Source: Phoronis australis
Lineage: Eukaryota > Animalia > Phoronida
Direction of reading: 5' to 3'
Assembly (NCBI GenBank): GCA_002633005.1
Contig: NMRA01000694.1
Coordinates: 1-64,000, forward strand
DNA length: 64,000 nt
Positions 39,115-53,083 of the stretch are shown here, one piece after another. Made by a program: the position numbers and the translations under genes. The notes beneath the pieces are model-generated. The model was not told the origin of the DNA. It worked only from the letters and a program-made list of their open reading frames with translations, and searched no databases. The stretch's first letter is position 1; every line of letters begins with the position of its first letter.

Positions 39115-42100
39115 CTACCCTTATGAAAAAGCTTCAGGAAATTCTAATCCCGAAAGCCAGTGAGAATCTCACTGGATTCCAGTTAGATTCCAGTGAGAAT
39201 CTAACTAATTAAGATGCCATTTAAATTAGTGAGAAAAAAATTCTCACTCTAGTGAGAATACAGTGATATTCCAGTTAGAATTCAGTGAGAATCTAACTAA
39301 TTTGCATAGCATTCCCACTCAGTGAGAATTTGTCTTACTGAAATTCTCACTCAATAGGAATGNNNNNNNNNNNNNNNNNNNNNNNNNNNNNNNNNNNNNN
39401 NNNNNNNNNNNNNNNNNNNNNNNNNNNNNNNNNNNNNNNNNNNNNNNNNNNNNNNNNNNNNNNNNNNNNNNNNNNNNNNNNNNNNNNNNNNNNNNNNNNN
39501 NNNNNNNNNNNNNNNNNNNNNNNNNNNNNNNNNNNNNNNNNNNNNNNNNNNNNNNNNNNNNNNNNNNNNNNNNNNNNNNNNNNNNNNNNNNNNNNNNNNN
39601 NNNNNNNNNNNNNNNNNNNNNNNNNNNNNNTTTTACTGTAATATTTGAAAAGAGGAGCGAAAACAAATATGAGTACAACTTTGAATTTTTCAAATCGGCC
39701 CAGGATAAGAGATTTTGCAACACAGCAACACTCACGATTACTTTCATTCGGCGCGCACTAATACAAAAATATAGGACCCAAGTTATTTAGATTTTGGAAC
39801 ACATGCATTGCAATATTCAAAATACGTTTATTATGAATCTTACAAGCTGTAAAACGACGTTGTTAATTTCATTGTGTTCATTCATTGTCATCCATCAAAT
39901 CGGCAATTTCCGAGATGTGATCTGCGGCGTGCGCGTATGTGTACAAAACACGTGATTGTTATGTTCCTGAAGTACGAAAATTAAGAAGTCTTTAACATGC
40001 CGTTATTATTGACAGGGACACGATAAAACGAATTTGGATTTTGACTTGATACAGCGATCTGACTGACCACTGCGTCATTGTCTCCGTTAGACCCAGAAAT
40101 TTCACACAGCGCTGGTAGTTCATTTCGTCCCCAACATGTAGGTCGAGCCTTTGACTATTAATACTCCACGGCAGAGCTAACGACAGTCGGCCTGTGCACA
40201 CAAAATCTGTGAGTTAACCAGCACTCACCTTGCATGTTACAGCCGTTTTAGTGAAAAACAATCTAGTAAACGCAATTTTCTTGCATAATCCTCCACCTTT
40301 TGTAACAAAAAAGTCTATCGTCGATGACCCGCACACGCACGCTCACTCACTCTCATACGCAGACGACCTTCAAAACAAACGTCAACAAACAACAACATGT
40401 GTGTTCATCCAGAGATTTTTCTCGTGTTGTGGAGTACGATGTAGCGCACATTTGGACTTAATCGCAATTAATCTGGACTCCACATGAACTTTAAAAATTG
40501 TAAAACATCAGGAAGATTTCAGGTAATTTGTTGAGTCGAAACTATATTTTTATTCAAGAGTACAAGTTTTCCTATTGACGATCGCGATTCAGCGACGCAT
40601 CAGTCGGCAAGTTTTCNNNNNNNNNNNNNNNNNNNNNNNNNNNNNNNNNNNNNNNNNNNNNNNNNNNNNNNNNNNNNNNNNNNNNNNNNNNNNNNNNNNN
40701 NNNNNNNNNNNNNNNNNNNNNNNNNNNNNNNNNNNNNNNNNNNNNNNNNNNNNNNNNNNNNNNNNNNNNNNNNNNNNNNNNNNNNNNNNNNNNNNNNNNN
40801 NNNNNNNNNNNNNNNNNNNNNNNNNNNNNNNNNNNNNNNNNNNNNNNNNNNNNNNNNNNNNNNNNNNNNNNNNNNNNNNNNNNNNNNNNNNNNNNNNNNN
40901 NNNNNNNNNNNNNNNNNNNNNNNNNNNNNNNNNNNNNNNNNNNNNNNNNNNNNNNNNNNNNNNNNNNNNNNNNNNNNNNNNNNNNNNNNNNNNNNNNNNN
41001 NNNNNNNNNNNNNNNNNNNNNNNNNNNNNNNNNNNNNNNNNNNNNNNNNNNNNNNNNNNNNNNNNNNNNNNNNNNNNNNNNNNNNNNNNNNNNNNNNNNN
41101 AGGAAGATTTCAGGTAATTTGTTGAGTCGAAACTATATTTTTATTCAAGAGTACAAGTTTTCCTATTAACGATCGCGATTCAGCGACGCATCAGTCGGCA
41201 AGTTTTCGCCCTGTGATGAGCACAATTTTTTGAAAAATCATCGTAATTTAACAACGGAAGTTGATAGCAATGCACCAAAATTTTGTTGAAAGGCTGTCAT
41301 AGGCTACAAATACGTCACAGAGCGTAAATTTGATGAATCCTTGCTTCCGATTTTACCGTACCCGTTTGGGAAACCGGGATTCAACTGCCGTAGGCTCACT
41401 ACAATAAGCGTCCCCTCCCCGTGAAATGAATTTTTCTAAGCGTTTGAGCCATTACAGCATACAGCTTTCCACCAAGGCTAGGTGATGCAAGACATTATTC
41501 TTTGTTGCATTATACATGTAGTAACTGGTCTTGGCTAATTATCATTTTATGGCCTGGTCATCCATTAAGCCAAAAGTAGTTCCAGAGGTGGCTTATCAGC
41601 CAATTATTCACGCATGCTGACTCACAATAGAAGCCTGATAAGAGTGAAGGTGGATAAATGCGGTGTTCCTACAGTTTCTTGTTTTAGTGGATGTGTTCAC
41701 AACGTGGAACTTTGACTAAGGATACAATTTAATAATTGCTAATTGTGAAATATAGCAGACATAAAATAATAACTATAACGCCTTTGGTGAATCAGCAAAA
41801 TACTGAAAACTCAGCTGTCAACATGCACAGAATGAAGACATCAGCCTAATACTGGTGCTTCATGCACTCTACTACATGTATGAAATGTACTAACCTTAAG
41901 CTTATTAACACGCAAAATCAGTCCAGGATCACCTGTGGTTGACTTGCAGACAAACTGTTCAGTAATTTCAGAATATTTGTGAGAAAAACATCAACAATCT
42001 TCAAGCTATTTCTCCAACTGCTCATTCCTGACGCCATTTTAGTTTGAATTCAGAAATCTGGTTCAACTGAAATTTCTACAGTTACAGCCAATCAGGGTGT

Positions 42101-43370
42101 TTGTTTATCTCAGATTCTCACTGAATTCTCACTCCAATTTTGGCAAGTCCAAATTCTCACTCAATTCTCACTCAGATTTTTCCTAAGTCTGAAATTCTCA
42201 CTGATTCTCACTCAGAATTTTTCTAAGACNNNNNNNNNNNNNNNNNNNNNNNNNNNNNNNNNNNNNNNNNNNNNNNNNNNNNNNNNNNNNNNNNNNNNNN
42301 NNNNNNNNNNNNNNNNNNNNNNNNNNNNNNNNNNNNNNNNNNNNNNNNNNNNNNNNNNNNNNNNNNNNNNNNNNNNNNNNNNNNNNNNNNNNNNNNNNNN
42401 NNNNNNNNNNNNNNNNNNNNNNNNNNNNNNNNNNNNNNNNNNNNNNNNNNNNNNNNNNNNNNNNNNNNNNNNNNNNNNNNNNNNNNNNNNNNNNNNNNNN
42501 NNNNNNNNNNNNNNNNNNNNNNNNNNNNNNNNNNNNNNNNNNNNNNNNNNNNNNNNNNNNNNNNNNNNNNNNNNNNNNNNNNNNNNNNNNNNNNNNNNNN
42601 NNNNNNNNNNNNNNNNNNNNNNNNNNNNNNNNNNNNNNNNNNNNNNNNNNNNNNNNNNNNNNNNNNNNNNNNNNNNNNNNNNNNNNNNNNNNNNNNNNNN
42701 NNNNNNNNNNNNNNNNNNNNNNNNNNNNNNNNNNNNNNNNNNNNNNNNNNNNNNNNTGCATGTGTTCCAAAATCTAAATAACTTGGGTCCTATATTTTTG
42801 TATTAGTGCGCGCCGAATGAAAGTAATCGTGAGTGTTGCTGTGTTGCAAAATCTCTTATCCTGGGCCGATTTGAAAAATTCAAAGTTGTACTCATATTTG
42901 TTTTCGCTCCTCTTTTCAAATATTACAGTAAAAACTACGTAAAACTCTCACCATAAAAAGTACAGTCTGCTAGCTAGATTGTAATCAGCTGATCATATCC
43001 GCATGAGCGAAGCCAATTATCCTCGCTCGTGACTCGATGACTAGAGCAGCCTGGCGGCATCCCTTTGATCGTGAGCCGAGTGCGACTCAGCCAAGGTGGA
43101 TAAATATGGTCTAGTTCAATTTTCCATACCCCGCCGTTTACCTTAACCACCGGGGTTAGAACCAATTTTATTTAGTGGGAATGTTCATAGCATGTCACTC
43201 AATTCTCACTCAGATTTTTCCTAAGTCTGAAATTCTCACTGATTCTCACTGTTACATAACATTTTCTCACTCATTCTCAATGACTGCCCCTGTTGTTCAA
43301 TTCCCACTGGGTTCTCACTGGCATTTCTAACTATGAATTGGTGATTTAGTGAGAATCTAACTGGAATCTA
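39115..43370. mobile_element. Gap-ridden DNA element(s) with inverted sub-terminal arrays (agtgagaat / attctcact), EnSpm/CACTA-like
   Basis: Repeated gtgagaat at 39160-39355 and attctcact at 42115-42229 and 43195-43325. Segment 39631-39810 recurs inverted at 42757-42935. Class assignment tentative. Confidence 0.4.
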
Positions 43371-43502
43371 AGTATCAATGCAGAAATATATGTCTGAATC
43401 GAAATGTACAGTGTAGATACAGCCTAAATGTGGGCATATTGGATACATGTCACAGGTCAAATTTGACTAAAAACAAATCGATGGTGATGTCATTTTTTAC
43501 AG

Positions 43503-43841
43503 TACCATGAAGCTGTCAACTGGTCCTTGGTGAACTTTAGAGTCGATGCATTCCCACGTTTTTTGGACCCCCGCAGGGTTCTTTATCACGTGAGTGAGAA
43601 ACTTATCGGAGGAAGTTCTGGATGTCCAGGACTGGTCAGCGATGGACAAGACAACGCTTGTGTAGCTGTGGTCAACACCTTCCAATTTCCTGATGTGCCT
43701 CAGCACTTAGTGGCTGCTGTCCATATCCCTGACAAATATATTGTGGAACAGGGTGTTCGCATCGAAGCCATCTATCGTGATTTGCATGACCAAAATGCTC
43801 TTCTTTGTGACGACATATTTCCACATGGAATGCCCACCTGA
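43503..43841 (+). CDS. ROCO-protease last exon: catalytic Ser (IGGSSGCPG) and FAM111-like C-terminus
   Basis: Acceptor cattttttacag, phase 0. GxSG Ser codon 43617-43619. IVEQGVRIEAIYRDLHDQNALLCDDIF parallels the FAM111A C-terminal helix (IIEFG...I..DI.......EEVF). TGA at 43839-43841. Confidence 0.88.
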   Translation, partial: YHEAVNWSLVNFRVDAFPRFLDPRRVLYHVSEKLIGGSSGCPGLVSDGQDNACVAVVNTFQFPDVPQHLVAAVHIPDKYIVEQGVRIEAIYRDLHDQNALLCDDIFPHGMPT

Positions 43842-45129
43842 TGCGTTATCTGGTGGGTGAGTGTCAATCAGGTTAATGTGATGACATCACTATACAATAA
43901 TGCAGGTTGCCTGACAAATATGCTGTATGTTGCATATTTTACTTTTACTTCCATGCAGTTGATTTGATGTCAGTGATTTTCGGCACCGCTTAAGAAACTG
44001 TGTTCTCCTCATTATAGCGGTATCAATTCTTGGAGCCTGAAACACAGTGGTAGCAATTGTTTATTGAGAGATGCTCTTGGGAATGGGAGACTGCTGTGTT
44101 ATGGCTAATTTGTTTGTGTGGGTGTGTAAAGGTGTGTTTGTATATGTGTGAAGTAAGTGTATTTACAGGAAACGGGTTTCAGTGATGTACTAAATAATTT
44201 ATGTACATAAGTCTCTAATGACATTCCTCAATTCCGATGAATATTGTAAACACATATAAAGCACTATGCTAGGACCATTCTGGATTACACTGTGAGACTT
44301 GAATTATGCTGCGTTCATCAACAATGGAATGGCCATCAATCCGTAGTCTTGTTTTTGCCATTGGAGTTCTATGTTAGTATTTGTTGATGTCGTCGTATTC
44401 TTTACTTGGATAAACCTGACAAACATCTGTGGATGCATGGTGTTAATTAAGTTTGATTTTTGACATGACCTGTGATAATGTACCTGACATTCCAAAATGA
44501 GGCCAATGAAAACAACATACTTTCTTGTTACCTCCAGACCAAGGAGAGTTCTATTGCCGTGTAATCCAGGACAACTGGTTGGTTCTTGTGTAAGCCCTGG
44601 GCCATTTGTTGCACAGTTGATATGTGTCAGAGTGTGTATCTTTGGATGTTCATAGTTTAGCCTTGTATTCCCAAGTGTTGTGCTACATGATAAATATGAT
44701 TTCCAACCCCAACCAAACCGCTTAGGACATTGCTAAGTTAAAATGTCATCAATTTTGACAGACTTTTTCAAAACGGATTATTCTCCTGCAAAATGCAAAC
44801 TTTACTGAGAAACACACTACAAGGCATCTCACCATTGAAGAAGGTGTGTGTCCCTGGACTGTTAAGTCTTAAGTTGTACATAACGGTTACATTGATGCAT
44901 ATTTATATCCACTGTCCTTCAATATACTTATAGCCAGGTGATCACTTGGTAGTACATAAGGCTCTGGTGTGCTACAGTGAACTGTGTATCTGCATTCTCA
45001 ATGTGGCTACTTTTGTCAGCTTGAAGTGCCAGTGACAGGGTAGATGTACATAGTGGAACCATGTGTAGTCATTACTATATGATAAAGCAAAACATGTACC
45101 ACGCCTATTGCTTTCTGAGTGATTTATTA

Positions 45130-48100
45130 TGCTTGAAATGTTCAATGTGTATGAAACTTGAAATGTTCCATTGTGTAATGTGAAGTTTGAAATAGCCAGT
45201 TGTATGTTTGTAGCTTATCAAGTTTAGATTGAGGGTCTATGAAGTTTGAAATGGCATAGTGTATGTTATGCAGTTTGAAATGTTACCTAATTCGTGTGTG
45301 AAGCTTATGACATTATTATGAGGCTTGAAATGTCATGTTGTATACAGGAAACTCAATTATGAAGTTTGATTTACTTTGGGCCTGTATTAGCAAGCTTGAA
45401 ATGTTCTGCTGTGTGTGTGCGGAGCTTATAAACTTTACATTGTTCCAGTCTGTTTGAAGATTGAAATCCCATAGTGTGTACTATAAAGTTTGAAATGTAA
45501 CCTTTTTGTTTGAAGCTTATGAGGTTAGAATTGTCTCAGGCCTGTGTTATAAAGCTTGAAATGCCCTACTGTGTGTGTTATGGCCCTGTCACACCTTGAC
45601 GATTTAGCCAGCGTATGCCGACATATCAGAATTTCCCTAAAACGCTGGCATACGCTGAATTATCGAATTTTTTTCAATTTTGGGCGTATACATAGCGTAT
45701 TCATATCGAGTTGGACGTATACATAACGTATCAGTAAATTATAAAGAACGTTTCGATAACTTATAGATAACTTATTCCAACAAATGCCTAGCGTGTTGCC
45801 GGCGTACACAACTTGTGCCCAACGATAGTCTAACTTATGCATAGCGTGCAGCAGCGTATTGCCGACGATCACATGTCGTAGTCATGCATGGTCCTCCTTA
45901 CGGAGTTCCACCATAAGCTGGTCATATATGCCAAACTGACGTCGCCTCCTGATCCATGGTCTCACCCAGTTCTTTCTCCTCCGTTCACCTCTTCTTCTCC
46001 TGGCTTTATTGGCACGCAACTGGTAAAGTGTCAAATCGATGAGGTCATTTTGATGTTGGAGAACAGCTAGTAGGTATTCTCGTCTCAGCCTTGCCGGATC
46101 CTCCATCTCTCGGATGATATGAACATCTGCTCACCATGAAATCTAGAGGAGTACTGACGGGTTCCTCCTGTGAACCCCATTTTTATATCCCAATTCCCCT
46201 AAACGCTACCAATACGCCATTATACGGCAGCTGTACGTTAGAAACACGTTCAGTAAGTTCTGTGGTCGTCCGGAACATGTTAAATACGTCTACATACGTC
46301 AATATGCGTAGGAGATANNNNNNNNNNNNNNNNNNNNNNNNNNNNNNNNNNNNNNNNNNNNNNNNNNNNNNNNNNNNNNNNNNNNNNNNNNNNNNNNNNN
46401 NNNNNNNNNNNNNNNNNNNNNNNNNNNNNNNNNNNNNNNNNNNNNNNNNNNNNNNNNNNNNNNNNNNNNNNNNNNNNNNNNNNNNNNNNNNNNNNNNNNN
46501 NNNNNNNNNNNNNNNNNNNNNNNNNNNNNNNNNNNNNNNNNNNNNNNNNNNNNNNNNNNNNNNNNNNNNNNNNNNNNNNNNNNNNNNNNNNNNNNNNNNN
46601 NNNNNNNNNNNNNNNNNNNNNNNNNNNNNNNNNNNNNNNNNNNNNNNNNNNNNNNNNNNNNNNNNNNNNNNNNNNNNNNNNNNNNNNNNNNNNNNNNNNN
46701 NNNNNNNNNNNNNNNNNNNNNNNNNNNNNNNNNNNNNNNNNNNNNNNNNNNNNNNNNNNNNNNNNNNNNNNNNNNNNNNNNNNNNNNNNNNNNNNNNNNN
46801 NNNNNNNNNNNNNNNNNNNNNNNNNNNNNNNNNNNNNNNNNNNNNNNNNNNNNNNNNNNNNNNNNNNNNNNNNNNNNNNNNNNNNNNNNNNNNNNNNNNN
46901 NNNNNNNNNNNNNNNNNNNNNNNNNNNNNNNNNNGACGCATCAGTCGGCAAGTTTTCGCCCTGTGATGAGCACAATTTTTTGAAAAATTATCGTAATTTA
47001 ACAACGGAAGTTGATAGCAATGCACCACAATTTTGTAGAAAGGCTGTCATAGGCTACAAATACGTCACAGAGCGTAAATTTGATGAATCCTAGCTTCCGA
47101 TTTTACCCGTTTGGGAAACCGGGTTTCAACTGCCGTAGGCTCACTACAATAAGCGTCCCCTCCCCGTGAAATGAATTTTTCTAAGCGTTTGTTTGAGCCA
47201 ATACAGTATACAGCTTTCCACCAAGGCTAGGTGATGCAAGACATTATTACTTGTTCTTTGTTGCATTATAGTAACTGGTCTTGGCTAATTATCATTTTAT
47301 GGCCTGGTCATCCATTCAGCCCAAAGTAGTTCCAGAGGTGGCTTATCAGCCAATTATTCACGCATGCTGACTCACAATAGAAGCCTGATAAGAGTGAAGG
47401 TGGATAAATGCGGTGTTCCTACAGTTTCTTGTTTTAGTGGATGTGTTCACGACATGTTAAGCTTGTGAAGTATGAATTGCCCTAGGCATGTATTATGGAG
47501 CTTGAAATGTATTATTGTGTGTGGGCCGCTTGTGAAGTTTGACTTGTCTTAGGCCTGTATTATAAAGCTTGAAATGCCCTACTGTGTGTGTTAAGCTTGT
47601 GAAGTTTGAATTGCCCTAGGCATGTATTGTGGAGCTTGAAATGTATTATTGTGTGTGTTAAGCTTGTGAAGTTTGAATTGCCCTAGGCATGAATTATGGA
47701 GCTTGAAATGTATTGTGTGTGGGCCGCTTGTGAAGTTTGACTTGTCATAGGCCGGTATTATGAAGTTAGAAATGTTGTATTGTGCATGTGTGTGGAAGCT
47801 TATACATTTTGAATTGCTTTAGGCATGTATTACGAAGCTTGAAATGTTCTATACAATGGAAGCTTATGAGTTGAATTGCTTTGGGCTTCATTTTTAACTC
47901 TTGAAATGTGTTATTGTTTGTGGGAAGCTTATGAAGTTTGATTTGCCTTAGGCCTGTACTGTGAAGCTTGAAATGTGTTATTGTTTGTGGGAAGCTTATG
48001 AAGTTTGACTTGCCTTAGGCCTGTACTATGAAGCTTGAAAACTCCCATTGTGTGTGGGAAGCTTGTGAAGTTTGAATTGCCTTTGGCCTGTATTATGAAA

Positions 48101-48500
48101 TTTGAAATATCTTATCAAGCATTGGAAGCTTATGAAGTTTGAATTGGCCTAGGTATGCATTAAGAAACTTTTAATGTTTTATTGCAAATGGGAAGCTTAT
48201 GGAGTTTGAAATGCCATATTTGTGTATTATGGAGTCTGAAATGTTCTATTATATGTGGAAAGCTTAATGAAGTTTGAAATGCCATATTTATGTATCATGG
48301 AGTCTGAAATGTTCTCTTATATGTGGAAAACTTAATGAAGTTTGAAATGCCTGAGTGAATGAAGCTTGATAATGCACATGTGTATAATATGAAGCTTAAA
48401 GCGACCTAGTTTGATGTGAAACTTATGAAGTTTGAAATCGTGCGGTGTGTGCAAATTTTGAATCACCTTTACTAATTGTATGAACCTAGGAAGCTTGATA
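45130..48500. repeat. Degenerate ~60-bp satellite (aagcttgtgaagtttgaattgccctaggcatgtattatggagcttgaaatg...) interrupted by a transposon and a gap
   Basis: Recurrent gaagtttgaa / gcttgaaatg at ~30-bp spacing in 45130-45580 and 47455-48500. Confidence 0.8.
45581..46317 (-). mobile_element. PIF/Harbinger element fragment
   Basis: GGCCCTGTCACAC terminus after tta. ORF 45882..46106(-) RRKNWVRPWIRRRRQFGIYDQLMVELRKED is typical of a Harbinger transposase N-terminus. Runs into a gap. Confidence 0.75.
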
Positions 48501-50789
48501 TGTGCTAGGAGATATCTTTGTATGTAGGCCTTTATAATTCAGTCCAATGATTTGGGAAAAAGGAAGGCGAGTTATAGGCCTAACTTTCGTATATAGTTGT
48601 AATTTGTGTATAATTCTAACTAAAGTTATATCTTTTGCTTAGTTCTACTAACCTTTCCTATTTCAAGATAAAGATTGTCTAAACTGTTTACCCAGCAGTG
48701 TATTGATTCCTATGTAGTTTCATATCATGCAAGCTATGTAAATGATTTGCTCAAGTGCAGCATGAACAGTCAAGTGTAATGTGACTGCTGCACTTATACA
48801 GTGTATCTGAAAACTATGCAAACTGTATTAGGAAAAATCAAAAAGAAGGATATTGGAATTTAAAATTGAGTTACCGAAGGATTGCAAAATTTTGAATATT
48901 TGATGAAATATTCCTCCATGTATGGCACATTCTTTATGGGGTTGTTACCACCTGGTGTAAGATGGCTCTCATTGCAGGAGTTTGTATATTATGTACCTTG
49001 AAAAGTTTTTTTCAAGCTGTGCGTGATGGAGGGGGAGGGCAGCGTATGTGAAAACAAATCTGATGATTGACTTGATTGTTCCATTGTATGACAAGTACCA
49101 ACAAATCCACCAATCGTCACCATTGCTGGACATCTATTGAATGAGCTGCCTAAAAATCGAGAATTTGTATGGTTGGTAGAGGAAGGATTGACTCGAAGCA
49201 AAGTTGCCAATCATTTTTTATAAGGACATTTTGGAGTTTTTGTCTCATGAACCCTTTGGCAATACTTTGGAAAAGTGAGAAGTGGGCCGGTTATGAAAAA
49301 GTACATCAGAGTTGTTTTCTTGTCATATCTACCTTGTAGAACTGATCTTGCACACACTCCTAAATTGTTTAATGTTTTGGGCTTTGGCCAATAACTGTGA
49401 AATCATAATGCCACTCATATCAATCTTTGCTGAAACTCAATATCCTTACTTTTGTTGCCAACTATATTTCACAATATCATTAAAGTGTGTATTTTGATGA
49501 ACTACGCAAATTATGCAATCATTAGAAATTAGCACGCCGATTGCTTTAGATGTGTTACATGAAATTATACTCTCGAAGAACTTGCTTCAAATATTTTCAG
49601 ATCTGTAATAAATTTCATCCAGGTACAGTCGACAATTGCAATATTTCCCTCCTTTATATAAACATAGGCAAGTGTCATTACATTGTAATTGCAGGTCCAT
49701 GGTATTCTTACTAGCAGTTTGAATCTAGAGTCTAGCGAGAGTGTTCAGTGTTTTCATGTAAAATCAACAACAGAATGCAAATGACCCAGGCAATAATTCC
49801 ATACTCTCGCCATATATGCCGAGTTAGAGTGTGCTCTTCAAAACTTTAAAAGTATAACAACGGGCCGTTTTTAAAACTCGCATGAAGATTATCAATGCAT
49901 GTTAATCAATTGATAGTCCTAAAAATGCTCACGACGTCAAAAGTACATTGTATTGAACACGATTATTGCGTGTTTATTAAAATAGACACGGGGAAATATT
50001 ACATGTACATAAACATTTGAAATATATTGGAAACAACATGAAAAGATGTCATTTACAGAACTCAAGTGTACATACGTACGTCACATTTTGTTATACACAA
50101 ATGAATCTGAATATAAAAGACATTTGTATGAAAGTCTGATCAGCCATGGTCAAAAAGGTGTAAAATGTGCCTGGCCAACTATAATGAATATAAAAATACC
50201 TCATCTGCAAATGCTATGTGCAATAACACAGACACGATTGTTTAAACTTGAATTGCTTCCCACTTTGAATGATACAAAATTTGCCTATCGTCTACTATAT
50301 ATTGTTTTGTGATGACGTATAATAAATATGGACCCCCCTATCATACTTTCAAAAAAATTCCTGGACATTTTTGGGATTCAGGTAACCAGGTGGGCAATTC
50401 AGCACTTAAAATTTTTACAAAATTTTGTGTTAGGATTATTTCCAAATTCTGTATTGGGATTAATTGTTGTGTTATGAAAACAGTTGCACTAATCATGTGC
50501 TCTGGCCGTAAAGTTGAGAAGGATGGGATTAACCAGTAAAAATTATGAAGTGCTCAGTAATTTACAGAGCTCCTTAAATTCGGCCCATTTACTGTTTTTA
50601 ATTCTGGCATTTTCATTTTTTTTGACTGGATCTAAAACGTCAATATGACATGACAAAATAAACGACCCAAATGGAAAGCAGTCAGCCACTCAATCTTACG
50701 ATGACTTAAAATTCAGTAATTACACAAAGATACAGCAAAGAGGTTCAATGCAACAATACAAGACTGTGAACTGAGCATTGTGGGAATGA

Positions 50790-50878
50790 TCAGGAAGGCT
50801 TTACAGACCTTAACCGATCCGGTAATGTCTTCATGAAAAGTCTTCCACATACATGGAAATATGGTATCACATAGTGTC
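50790..50878 (-). CDS. MAGUK-like gene, probable last exon (GHYVIPYFHVCGRLFMKTLPDRLRSVKPS*)
   Basis: Acceptor ggtttcacag, phase 1 matching the previous exon; TGA at 50792-50790. Position fits the GuK C-terminus. Confidence 0.5.
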
Positions 50879-53083
50879 CTGTGAAACCAACATACTGCCC
50901 AAGAGAATGTTGCGTTTAAATAGCCCGAGTGCAGGCTTGAGGTGAACAGTAGTCAGATAGTTGCCTCACCAATTCAAGAAAAATTCTAATGGGAATTGGT
51001 GAAAATGAAAAGTCAGTCTATGGACTGAAGGTTGGTTTGTAGCAGTATTATACAGAATAGGAACTTAATACAACAGTCATCTGCAAATTATACAGAGCAG
51101 GTTCATTTAATTTACAGAACCACATTTCCACTAAACCGAATTAACTTTGCCTACGCAATATGTAATTAAACTGGTCTGGCTTTTTCATCCTAACTCATTG
51201 CAAAAGTAAAACATTAAGTATCGAAAAATAAATGCTACTTTGAAATTATTCGGAAGTATTAAGCAACAAAATTGTAAAAATTACAACTAATCATAAAAAT
51301 GCCGTGGAGCGCATGAGCAAAACACTTTTGAATTAGACAACTACTTCCACAAAAGCATCATTATTATATAAACAATTGTAATACACCAAAACTTTGCGTC
51401 TGGCTGCACATGCAGGAACTATACCATGTCATTCAAGCTGCAAAGCTATCGTTTACGATATTTTCATCGATGACTGAAACTAGCTGTTACTGTTTGTAAC
51501 CTCGTTATAAACAGCAATAAAAACACATTTAACTAAAATAATTTACACCTTCTCACAAGGTACGCTACCATTAGGTTGGAAATCACATGAGGCGCTATGA
51601 AAATTAAATCATTTGATTATTGCTCCCTCTGGTGATCCATCAGAAAGGTATTTTCGAAAGCGGCTCCCTATAACAGATCTGTACAATGTTCAGGAGTAAA
51701 TCGTCCACTGTTCTTATCTCGACCGAGCCCAAATCTATGGCATCTGTAAACAATGTACAATAAACTGTAATACGATCAAATGAACATAAACTTGACAGCA
51801 TGAAAATTCAAAAAAGTTTCGGTGCCCAAAACGGTGATAAAATTTCTACTATTTCTTTACACAACATGTTTCGATTGCAGCAAATTCTCGACAAAATCTC
51901 GACAGATGTAGTTCCATGTACTTTGTCAACATTGCAACAACTGAGCATTGCGAGTCCATTCACAAATGAATATGTAATTATTGGCCTGGTCACATTAAAC
52001 AGTCTGGAAAAAAATTATCCAGGTTTGGCAGAGTCTGATAGAATTCTATCGAAGTTTGTCAAGACAATTTTGAAAGCCTCTAAGTACATATACCATCAAT
52101 ATGTCTTCCAAATCATCAGTAAATTTCACGAGAACAAAAAGCAAACTTGACGCATGCACTAACAGTGGTTTCCTGATTTCATCAGATTCTCGCTGTACTC
52201 AGTATTTCAGGGATAGTTTCACACAGAGTGCGGGATTTCACTTTCCATTTGACCATATCTGGTTACAAAATTAAATGAAAACTCTAGAAATCCACCGAAC
52301 TATGGGATCGAGACAACTCAAATCATTTTGGCTACTTTTTTGATTTTTCCTAATTGGCTTCATCTCTTCAACAAATCTATACCGTAGTTTCGAAACTTGG
52401 AACTTAAGGCACAGAAATGATAAAGTTTTAATGGCATGCTTGCACTAAAAGTTGTATGTACAGAACTTAAAAAAACCTGGTAATTTACGACACCAGAAAA
52501 GTAAACCGTGTTTGTTATATGCCAGACCAACAGGGTGAACAAGGTTATTTATCATTGTTTCATGTTTTCTCGTAAAAAATTGTAATTGATAAACTCCCGC
52601 ATTTGATAGGCTCAGAGAAACTATTAGTCAAAAATGGAATAACAAGAGACAAATTGGCCTTCGGAACACCTTTTGTAAAATTATTACTTGCAGAGAAAAA
52701 GGGCAGAAAAAATGATGCCAGTTACAGCTTAACCCACACTTCAAAAGTATTATGGTGGGGAAAAGGCCTATTTTGTGGACTTGACACGAACGATTTATGA
52801 TTTCAATTAAAACTGTCCCATCAAAAACAAAAGAAATAGAAAATAGCTGACATTAGAAAAAGACTGTCACGCAAAATCATCCATTCGAATGAATATTTGC
52901 TAACCATCATGTAAATGCCTTGTAAATTACGGAAACGGAATCTTCGACCTTAGTTGTCCTTGCCTCTTGAAGTGGAAAATAAAAAGGTAAATAAAAAACC
53001 TATCTGCAGTTTGACAAAGAAGCAAATGTTTCAAATAATGAACTTGTATTTTCATAACAAGTCTTTCAAGCCCAGTGACCTAC

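Noticed and set aside
40510-47450. Repeats of the same sequence at 40510-40616, 41101-41700 and 46934-47450
   Set aside because: All copies abut N-gaps. They are either scaffolding artefacts or ordinary transposon copies, which cannot be resolved here.
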